The position numbers were made by a program, and so were the translations under genes. Below, one piece after another: positions 1-7,623 of a DNA stretch of 15,719 bases; the stretch's first letter is position 1; the number at the start of each line of letters is the position of its first letter. The DNA is from Candidatus Zixiibacteriota bacterium (GTDB lineage: Bacteria; Zixibacteria; MSB-5A5; CAIYYT01). Where the stretch lies: assembly GCA_040235515.1 (NCBI GenBank), contig JBECKX010000109.1, forward strand, positions 1 to 15,719. Direction: 5' to 3'. The notes under the pieces were generated by a model. It made no database searches. It saw only the letters and a program-made list of their open reading frames with translations, and had not been told where the DNA came from.

Positions 1-109
1 TCTTTCTGCTCAGAGTCTCCTCGCTCACTCCAATATTTGCCGTTTCCTACGCATTATACAAGCCTCGAAGCACAACCGCTCTCAGAATCTTGCCGTCCAA
101 AAATAGCCT

Positions 110-137
110 TTGCGATTGTTGCGCCAATCGGTACTTT
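110..137 (+). promoter_or_regulatory. Putative sigma70-type promoter of rlmD (TTGCGA-N16-TACTTT)
   Basis: -35-like hexamer at 110-115 and -10-like hexamer at 132-137, ending 9 nt before ATG 147; no Shine-Dalgarno in between. Confidence 0.45.
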
Positions 138-146
138 CGTAACCCT

Positions 147-1535
147 ATGAATGAGACTGGGCGGAAAGATAAGGTACGCCGCGGCGATGTCATTGAGCTC
201 GTGATTGATGATCTCGCGCCGACCGGTAAATCTGTGGGTCGCTACGAAGGCATGGTCATCATGGCCGACTTCGGTATCCCCGGCGATCGCATCGAGTGCG
301 AGATAACCGAAGTCAAACGCCGCTTCGCTTTCGCGCGCATGCTGAAGTTGCTCACAGCTTCAGAACGCCGCATTGAACCGCGCTGTCGGCATTTCGGAAC
401 CTGCGGTGGCTGCAACTGGCAGGCGCTCAGTTACGAGGATCAACTCGCTTATAAGACCGAGTTCATCAAAGCCGCCCTGCAGCGCATCGGCAAACTTGAT
501 CATATCGCGATCGAACCGGCAATCCCTGCCGGCGAGAGCTTCTTCTACCGCAACAAAATGGAGTACTCCTTCGGTTCCGACTCAGATAAACCCGCGGTCG
601 GTCTGCATGTCAAGGGCCGCTTTGACCAGGTATTCGAACTGGAAGAATGTTACCTGCAATCAGAGCGATCAGTCAAGGCGTTGCACCGCATCCGCGACAA
701 AGCCCGCGAACTCGGGATCAGCTTCATGGATGAGAAGTCTGGCAGCGGAGAACTCCGTTTTCTCGTAGTACGGGAAGGCAAGCTGACTGATGAATTCATG
801 CTAAACCTCGTCACCTTCAACCGCGAGTTTGAGGGACGCGATGAGTTGTTCCGGACTATCATTGATGAGACGGAGGGACTCACTTCTCTGTTCCATACCG
901 TCAACGGCAAGAAGGCGCACGTCGCAATCGGCGATGAACTGGTTCGGATCCATGGCAAGGATCATCTGACCGAGATGATCGGTGAACTGACATTTAAAAT
1001 CACCCCTTTCTCCTTCTTTCAGACCAACTCAAGACAAACTCGGGTGCTCTATGACGTCATCGTTGACCATGCCGAGTTGCACGATGAAATGCGCGTGCTT
1101 GACCTGTTTTGCGGCTGCGGGACCATCGGTATGTACCTCGCGAACCGGGTCAGGAGTGTCCTGGGTATTGAAATTAACGAAGAATCTATTGAGATGGCTA
1201 AACATAATGCCGACCTAAACGGTATAAGAAATACTGAGTTTCAGGCGGGCGATGTCCGTCGAATGCTCGTTGACCTGGCGGAACAGCAGGATCGATTCGA
1301 TCTGATCGTGACCGATCCACCACGGGCCGGGATGGATACGCGCGCCATCAGGCGGATTGTTCGCCTCCAACCCAAACGAATTGTGGCGGTTTCGTGCAAT
1401 CCTGCGACTCTGGCACGCGACCTGGCGGAGTTTCAGAATCTGGGCTATCGAACCACACGGCTCACGCCGGTCGATATGTTCCCGCAAACAGCGCATGTTG
1501 AAGCAGTGGCAACCCTGATACCCGAGAGCGAGTAG
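147..1535 (+). CDS. rlmD: 23S rRNA (uracil-C5)-methyltransferase RlmD/TrmA family
   Basis: N-terminal TRAM-like domain, Fe-S motif CRHFGTCGGC plus a distal Cys (EECYL), YRNKMEY, SFFQTN, SAM motif DLFCGCGT, DPPRAG, catalytic VSCNP, DMFPQTAHVE. ATG 147 preferred over TTG 90 of the ORF track. Confidence 0.93.
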   Translation: MNETGRKDKVRRGDVIELVIDDLAPTGKSVGRYEGMVIMADFGIPGDRIECEITEVKRRFAFARMLKLLTASERRIEPRCRHFGTCGGCNWQALSYEDQLAYKTEFIKAALQRIGKLDHIAIEPAIPAGESFFYRNKMEYSFGSDSDKPAVGLHVKGRFDQVFELEECYLQSERSVKALHRIRDKARELGISFMDEKSGSGELRFLVVREGKLTDEFMLNLVTFNREFEGRDELFRTIIDETEGLTSLFHTVNGKKAHVAIGDELVRIHGKDHLTEMIGELTFKITPFSFFQTNSRQTRVLYDVIVDHAELHDEMRVLDLFCGCGTIGMYLANRVRSVLGIEINEESIEMAKHNADLNGIRNTEFQAGDVRRMLVDLAEQQDRFDLIVTDPPRAGMDTRAIRRIVRLQPKRIVAVSCNPATLARDLAEFQNLGYRTTRLTPVDMFPQTAHVEAVATLIPESE

Positions 1536-1599
1536 CCTCCGGTTAGCGATGAAATACAGGCCGCCTCATGCTCGGATCACATTACCTGGAGAAGATTTG

Positions 1600-3354
1600 A
1601 TGTCGTTATCGATTGCATCGCGGATCACCCGCTTGGCAGCTTCGGTGGGGAAGTTGAGTACCTGCGGACTGCTTGCGTGCATACTCATCGGCACCACGAC
1701 CTTGTTCGCGCAGGCCAACGAGGCAGAATCGCAGCTTCAACAACTGGGCCGCGACTTCCTCCAATTGCAGTTTAACGCCAATCCGGTCTACGCCACCAGC
1801 ATGGGTGAGCACCGCCTCGATAAAGAGTACCCGGAATTCTCCAAGACAGCATTCAACAAACAGATCAACGATTATAAGAGCCTGCGCGGCAAACTGCACA
1901 AGATCAACAATTCTTCGCTCAGCCCCGATGCCCGTATCGACTACCTGCTGTTGGAATCGAACATCAACGAAGAGATCGAAATGCTTGCTAAGGCGATCTC
2001 GGTGCGTGACAATCCCAAACTTTTCTCCAGCACCGCGATCCAGGGAGTGTTTGCTATCCTGATCTCCCCCTCGCTCTCGCAGGAAGAGAAATATGAACGG
2101 ATCATGGCGCGACTCAAGAATCTGCCCGATTTCCTCAAGCAGGCCAGATCACTCCTCGCATCACCACCGGAGTTGTGGGTGGTGCTTGCCGGCCAGGAAC
2201 TCGAAACCGGAGCGGATTTTCTCAGTGATGTCTCGGCGCACTTCATCGAGCAGTTTCCGGACGAACAGGAGGAGATCGAAAATCGCTTCGCCGAAGCTAC
2301 CTCGGCCTTGCTCGACTACGAGGACTTCCTCGGCAACTTCCGTGACCGCGCCGGCCAACCATTTGCCATCGGGCGGGAGGAGTACAATCGCCGACTGAAA
2401 AATAACTTCTTCGTTGATTATGATGTCGACTCGTTGCAGCGACTCGGTGAAGCGATCTTCGCCGATCTCGACCGACGTTACGATTCGCTCGCCAGCGAAA
2501 TCTCGTTCATGCCGATCGAGCGTGACTATGAAGTCTTCGTACCGAAGACCTTTACTCGCCGCGACATCCTCGATTACTACCAGTGGGAAATCAACACCAC
2601 CCGCAATTGGGTGAGCAAGTATGATTATGCTACGATTCCTGCCGAAGTCGGCAACTGCGTCCCGATGGAGATTCCCAAGTTCCTGCGCAATGTCATCAGC
2701 AGCGCGGCATACTATCCCGCCGGACCGTTCGACACCGAGCAGACAGGGTACTTCTTCGTCCAGCCCCTCCCTGACTCGCTTGATGATGCCAACCGCTCGG
2801 CTTATTTCCGCTGGGCTTTCAAGCGCGGCTTCAGAACCACAGTAGTCCACGAGGCATACCCGGGTCACCACCTGCAATTTCAATTAGCCAATATCCACCC
2901 ATCATTGATTCGCCGCATCCAGCGGAACAGTATGATGTCCGAGGGGTGGGCGCTCTACTCCGAACAGGAGATGCTGGACGAGGGATTCTATGAAGATGAT
3001 CCACGTATTCTGCAGAGCGTGCTTGCCGGACAGAGATTCCGCGCCGCCCGGATCATTGTGGATATCAAGCTGCAGACCGGCCAGTTCACCTATCAGCAGG
3101 CAATCGACTGGATGATCGAGAACCTCGATATGCCGCTCGAATTCGTGGAGACGGAAGTCAACCGCTACACGCTCACGCCGCTGCAGCCGATGACCTATCT
3201 TGTTGGTAAACTTCAGATTGAAGCGATTCGCGCTACCTTTGCGGAGGTCATGGGGGAGGATTATTCGCTCAAGCGGTTCCACGACATGATCTTAAGCGAG
3301 GGCACGATTCCTCCGATGCTGATTTATCGCAAAATTAGCGAACAAAATCTCTAG
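1600..3354 (+). CDS. DUF885 domain exported protein (putative metallopeptidase-like)
   Basis: Family motifs HEAYPGHHLQ, EGWALYSE, FRAARIIVD, EVNRY and YLVGK; signal-peptide-like N-terminus ending TLFA-Q; GGAGA at 1588-1592 ahead of ATG 1600. Confidence 0.85.
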   Translation: MSLSIASRITRLAASVGKLSTCGLLACILIGTTTLFAQANEAESQLQQLGRDFLQLQFNANPVYATSMGEHRLDKEYPEFSKTAFNKQINDYKSLRGKLHKINNSSLSPDARIDYLLLESNINEEIEMLAKAISVRDNPKLFSSTAIQGVFAILISPSLSQEEKYERIMARLKNLPDFLKQARSLLASPPELWVVLAGQELETGADFLSDVSAHFIEQFPDEQEEIENRFAEATSALLDYEDFLGNFRDRAGQPFAIGREEYNRRLKNNFFVDYDVDSLQRLGEAIFADLDRRYDSLASEISFMPIERDYEVFVPKTFTRRDILDYYQWEINTTRNWVSKYDYATIPAEVGNCVPMEIPKFLRNVISSAAYYPAGPFDTEQTGYFFVQPLPDSLDDANRSAYFRWAFKRGFRTTVVHEAYPGHHLQFQLANIHPSLIRRIQRNSMMSEGWALYSEQEMLDEGFYEDDPRILQSVLAGQRFRAARIIVDIKLQTGQFTYQQAIDWMIENLDMPLEFVETEVNRYTLTPLQPMTYLVGKLQIEAIRATFAEVMGEDYSLKRFHDMILSEGTIPPMLIYRKISEQNL

Positions 3355-3775
3355 CTCCCGAGCCGGCAGGCTCAACAGCGCGATCAGGCGACACGATTTT
3401 CTCTATCATTCTCCACTCGCCTGCTGAATATTCGCGCACTTCCTACCGATACCTCTAATAGAAAACTATAATTCCATGCCTTGCTCAGGGTTAGGTCTTG
3501 ATGAGCCTCCCGACGATCGGCACGGAATTCGCAGAAACGTAGTCGAAGCAGTAACAGCGGTTCTCGATTCGAAGTTGCAGCTCAGGCAGCAGGCAGACCT
3601 CCGGGTTGTGCTTTTGAATCAAGAGTCACCGATCTCTGCGACAGGGTACGCTGTGATAACACAGGAACAAGCTTAACATTCAGATAAGTCCCGGGACCGG
3701 AACCGATAGGCGCGGCGGAGAGACCGTTCTACGTCGAGAGATCGGGAAGGGCCTGCGGGATTGAGGCTGGCGATC

Positions 3776-4885
3776 ATGGCAAGCAATAGCGTAAAAATCC
3801 TACACACTTCAGAGATCCAGCTCGGGAGAAAATTCCCCCAGCTGGGCAGAGCAGGTGATCTCGTCCGCAGCGCGATCAAGGAGACATTCGAGCGCACTAT
3901 CAAAGTCGCACTCGATGATGGCGTTGATGGTGTCATCATAGCAGGTAATCTCTTTGCGGCAAATTTAGTCTCACGCAATCTGATCGATTTTACGATGCGA
4001 CAGATCGAGAGGCTCGGACGAATCCCCGTCACACTTGTGCCGGGGAATTGTGATGCACTCGACGAAACATCACTCTACAAACACCTCCAACTACGCAGAA
4101 TTCCTAGCAACCTGACTATCCTCGGACTGGAAGGCAGGAAAAAGGTCGATTACCCCAATCTTGGATTCACGGTGCATGGTCTTGCCGCCGGTTCCGGCGC
4201 AGCCCAATTGCCGAGCGTAGGAGAATCGCAGGACAACCTGCAGATTCTTGTGCTTCCCGTTGGTGCTGAGTCGACCGATTCAGGTGAATACCAGCTCTCT
4301 GAACTGGCGCAGCAGGCGGTAGCAGCGGATTGTTTCGACTATATCGCGGTGGGAGGAACTTTCGGGTTCAGCCGCTGGGGAGACAACGTGGTCAGTTCAG
4401 GCTCACCGGAAGGGATCGACTTCGTGCAGGGCGAGCCGGGCAGGGTCGTTCTCGCAGAAATTTCTAGGGAGCGCGTCGATCTCGCGCATCGCGAAGTCGG
4501 CAAACTGAAATGGGTTGATCTGGAATTCCATTCAGACAGCTACCGCTTCACCCTGGAAGTGGAACGCGAACTGCAAAGTCATGTCGATGCCCAGACCGTG
4601 TTGCGTGCCCGTCTCACCGGGCGCCCCACCCGTGACGGCTTCATCGACGTACCGGCGCTGAGACGCCGGTTTGATGACTCGCTCTGCCGCTTCATCGTCA
4701 CCGACGAGCGACAGTTCGATTCCAGCCTGATTGACAATCTCCCCGAAAGCTCAAGCAATCTCGTTAATGAGTTCACGGCATTGGTCAGGGAAGGCTATGA
4801 TAACGCACCTCCGGAATTGCAGGCCGGCTACTTGCAGTCCCTCAGCACCGGCAGGGCACTACTCTCGGGCAAGGATGTGATGTAA
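3776..4885 (+). CDS. SbcD/Mre11/YhaO-like metallophosphoesterase-fold protein, predicted catalytically inactive
   Basis: Family scaffold is recognisable (KILHTSEIQLG, VDGVIIAGNLF, PVTLVPGNCD, FDYIAVGG, SGSPEG) but metal ligands are replaced; GAGG ahead of ATG 3776; stop overlaps the next start (TAATG). Confidence 0.82.
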   Translation: MASNSVKILHTSEIQLGRKFPQLGRAGDLVRSAIKETFERTIKVALDDGVDGVIIAGNLFAANLVSRNLIDFTMRQIERLGRIPVTLVPGNCDALDETSLYKHLQLRRIPSNLTILGLEGRKKVDYPNLGFTVHGLAAGSGAAQLPSVGESQDNLQILVLPVGAESTDSGEYQLSELAQQAVAADCFDYIAVGGTFGFSRWGDNVVSSGSPEGIDFVQGEPGRVVLAEISRERVDLAHREVGKLKWVDLEFHSDSYRFTLEVERELQSHVDAQTVLRARLTGRPTRDGFIDVPALRRRFDDSLCRFIVTDERQFDSSLIDNLPESSSNLVNEFTALVREGYDNAPPELQAGYLQSLSTGRALLSGKDVM

Positions 4886-7026
4886 TGAAGATACTCAGAT
4901 GTGAAGTCAAGCGTTTTGGCTGTTTCAACGACAGCTCCTTCCAATTCCAGGATGGCCTGAACGTTGCCCAGGGTGACAATGACAGCGGGAAATCAATCCT
5001 GGCAGAAGCTCTCCTGACTGTGCTCTTCGCAGAGCCCGGCGCAGCTTCGCCTGAGGCTGAGCAGTTCAAGAGCTGGGGTGAAGAACATCCCTACATGCTT
5101 CACCTCGAATATGAGCACGATGGCCATCGCTTCAGACTGACCAAGGATGTTTCGACCGAGCTTTGCATGCTGGAGGATACCGAGAGCGGTTCAAAGTGGA
5201 ACACCCGCGCCGATGTGCGTGAGAAATTGAACGAAGCCCTCGGGTTCAGTGAACGCGATTTCTATCTCGCCACAGGATTTATGCGTCAGGGCGACCTCGC
5301 CGGCATCGAACGCGGCACCGACCTGATTAAAGACAAGCTTGAGACACTGCTCAACCAGAACAAGGATGAGCTGCTCGCGTCACGTGTCCTCGATAAGCTG
5401 CGCGGTCGTATTACCGAAATCCGCGGCGAAGACAACGATGGCGAAATCCATGCCATCGAAGCCCAGATGACCGTCTGGAGCGCTGAACTGGAGACTGCCC
5501 GTTCAAAGACGGTTGAACTCCATGATGCGCGCCAGAAGCTGCTGCGTGGACGTGACGAAGAAATCAAGGCCAGGGCGGAGTTTGATGAGAAGCTTGAAGT
5601 GTTCAAGAAAAGCAAACTCGCCTTCGAAGCCGGCCAGAATGTCGAGAAAGAGCGCGAAGCCTACCTCGACTTAGGCCGCCGTACACGCGAAGCACAGGAC
5701 ATCCGCGGAATGATCTCCAGCAAGAAGGAATCACTCCGCGCGATGATCAAAGTTGAACGCTCCGATGTCAAATCCGCCGAAGGACTGGCAACCCAGCTCA
5801 AGCTCTACCAGGGCAGGGTCGAGGACCTGCGCGAGCAGAAAGAAGAGAAGCAGCAGGCGATGTACGAAGCCACGCCGGGTCAGTGGTACAAGATCCTGAT
5901 GGTGGTGGCGCTCCTCGGTACCGCCGCAGGCGTGTTCTTCTGGCAGCGTATGGATGACCTGCTCTACCTGGGTTCCGCCGGGGCGGCATTCCTCGTCTCC
6001 CTGATCTCAGTGGGGCTCTGGATTGGCGCCGTCCGCGCTCACTCCGTCGCCAAGGCGCAATTGCTCCAGGTCTCCGAACGACTCAACAAAGAGGTCGAGC
6101 GGATGCAGGAGAATGATGAAAGCCTCAAAGAGTTGCTGAAGAAATTCAAGGCCAAAGCGGCTGACGATCTGGCGGATATGTACGAGGAATACCGTGATCT
6201 CGATCGCGACATCAAGAGCCTCGTCTCACGCTATGAGACGCTCCTCAGCGACAGCAACCTGAAGGACCTCGAGGATGAACTGGAGCAGATGACGCTGCGT
6301 ATGACCGAGCAGCAGCAGATTCTCGAGAAACACCGCGCCTACGCGGTGACCGCGTCCGAGCTTGAGAACATGCAGAAGAAGCTGACCGAGCTCGACAAGA
6401 AGCAGAGTTCACTTCAGGAGGAAAACCAGATCCTCGAACACAAGCTGGAGTTCCTGGAGGCGGGGAGTGACATCCTCGCGCCACTTGAGGAACGCATTAG
6501 CGAAGCCGAAAATGAAATCGCTCTGTTGAATGCCGAAGCTGACCAGGCCGAGATCATGCTCCGCTATCTTGAAGAAGCTCGCCGCAAGGTGCTCAAGTCG
6601 TCGGTGGAACGAGTGGAGGAAGAAGCTTCACGCCTGCTCAACCAGATTACCGGTGCACAATGGTGCAAGCTGACGCTCGACCGCCACACCCTTGAGTGGC
6701 AAATCAGCCGCGACGGCAATACCTGGCACAGCGCCGAGAGCGGACTCTCGACAGGCACCCAGCAATGTGCGTCACTCGCGCTGCGTTTGGCGTTTGTCAG
6801 AGTGCTCTGCGCTGAGGCGCACCCGCCGCTGATCTGTGATGAGCCATTCATGCTGCTTGATAACCCGAGGTCTCAGCAGGCGGCGAATATTCTGCGCGAG
6901 TTTTCCAACGAATACCAGGTGATCATGCTGACTACCGGAACCCGTTTCAAAGAACTGGCGAGTCACTCGCTGCAGGTTGGGAGCAGTTCGCAACAGCATC
7001 AGCACCAGGCCGCACCGACTTACTAG
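4885..7026 (+). CDS. SMC/SbcC/YhaN-like coiled-coil ABC-type ATPase with a central two-helix membrane segment
   Basis: N-terminal KRFGCF, Walker A GDNDSGKS, Q-loop FMRQG, long E/K/L-rich coiled coils, signature LSTGTQQ, Walker B PLICDEPF; two hydrophobic helices at about aa 334-383. Confidence 0.88.
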   Translation: MKILRCEVKRFGCFNDSSFQFQDGLNVAQGDNDSGKSILAEALLTVLFAEPGAASPEAEQFKSWGEEHPYMLHLEYEHDGHRFRLTKDVSTELCMLEDTESGSKWNTRADVREKLNEALGFSERDFYLATGFMRQGDLAGIERGTDLIKDKLETLLNQNKDELLASRVLDKLRGRITEIRGEDNDGEIHAIEAQMTVWSAELETARSKTVELHDARQKLLRGRDEEIKARAEFDEKLEVFKKSKLAFEAGQNVEKEREAYLDLGRRTREAQDIRGMISSKKESLRAMIKVERSDVKSAEGLATQLKLYQGRVEDLREQKEEKQQAMYEATPGQWYKILMVVALLGTAAGVFFWQRMDDLLYLGSAGAAFLVSLISVGLWIGAVRAHSVAKAQLLQVSERLNKEVERMQENDESLKELLKKFKAKAADDLADMYEEYRDLDRDIKSLVSRYETLLSDSNLKDLEDELEQMTLRMTEQQQILEKHRAYAVTASELENMQKKLTELDKKQSSLQEENQILEHKLEFLEAGSDILAPLEERISEAENEIALLNAEADQAEIMLRYLEEARRKVLKSSVERVEEEASRLLNQITGAQWCKLTLDRHTLEWQISRDGNTWHSAESGLSTGTQQCASLALRLAFVRVLCAEAHPPLICDEPFMLLDNPRSQQAANILREFSNEYQVIMLTTGTRFKELASHSLQVGSSSQQHQHQAAPTY

Positions 7027-7098
7027 TCGGCATTCAGTCTGCGCGCCCTGCGTCTGGCGCGGCATAGACCGGCACTGACACCACCGGGGGGAATCCGT

Positions 7099-7127
7099 TT
7101 GCGCGGGTATGGCGCATTCGTTATAAT
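7099..7127 (+). promoter_or_regulatory. Sigma70-type promoter (TTGCGC-N17-TATAAT) for the HIT / HTH-LeuC-like pair
   Basis: Perfect TATAAT at 7122-7127, TTGCGC at 7099-7104, 17-bp spacer, ending 10 nt before ATG 7138. Confidence 0.7.
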
Positions 7128-7137
7128 CCTTCCTATC

Positions 7138-7623
7138 ATGACCAAGCACTTGTTCGCCCCCTGGCGTGGAGACTTTATTCGCGGTCCCAAGGAAAAGGGC
7201 TGCGTTTTTTGTCGTCTGCAGCGCGAGAAAAACGACCGTAAAAATCTGATTCTGCACCGTGCCGAGCACAATTTTGTCATCTTCAACCGTTATCCCTACA
7301 CCTCATCGCACCTGATGATAGTCCCCTTCAAGCATCTCTCCGCCATCGAGAGGGTTAAGCCGGAAGTGCTCAACGAGATGATGGCTCTGTCGCAGTTCTG
7401 CGTGGAGTCAATGAAGCAGGAGTTTTCTCCTCGGGGCTTCAATCTCGGTATGAATATCGGCCGTTCCGCTGGTGCGGGAGTTGCCGGTCATCTGCATTTA
7501 CACATCGTTCCCCGTTGGGCCGGAGACTCCAATTTCATGGCTACCACGGGTGATGTCCGTGTCATCTCGCTCTCACTTGATGACACCTATAAGGCCCTGC
7601 ACAACTATTTCAAGAAACTGTGA
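7138..7623 (+). CDS. HIT family nucleotide hydrolase (Ap4A hydrolase/phosphorylase-like)
   Basis: LFAPWR N-terminus, CVFC, NRYPY, HLMIVP, GFNLGMN, histidine triad HLHLHIVPRW followed by GDSNF. Confidence 0.92.
   Translation: MTKHLFAPWRGDFIRGPKEKGCVFCRLQREKNDRKNLILHRAEHNFVIFNRYPYTSSHLMIVPFKHLSAIERVKPEVLNEMMALSQFCVESMKQEFSPRGFNLGMNIGRSAGAGVAGHLHLHIVPRWAGDSNFMATTGDVRVISLSLDDTYKALHNYFKKL

Noticed and set aside
17..60. Minus-strand TATAAT (58-53) and AGGAG (21-17) suggesting a divergent upstream gene
   Set aside because: No -35 element and no ATG/GTG start inside the window; cannot be assessed at the edge.
2161..2883. 240-aa antisense ORF (also 13176-13811 and other shadow ORFs)
   Set aside because: They lie opposite well-supported genes, as expected from GC-rich codon bias, and show no family motifs.
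3476..3676. 66-aa ORF in the long intergenic region
   Set aside because: No SD, the ATG is only 3 nt after TATAAT, and there is no recognisable motif; kept only as part of the unexplained-region finding.
3776..4885. Calling the SbcD-like gene a pseudogene or a canonical sbcD
   Set aside because: The ORF is full length with no stops or frameshifts and is coupled to its partner, yet catalytic residues are absent, so neither label fits.
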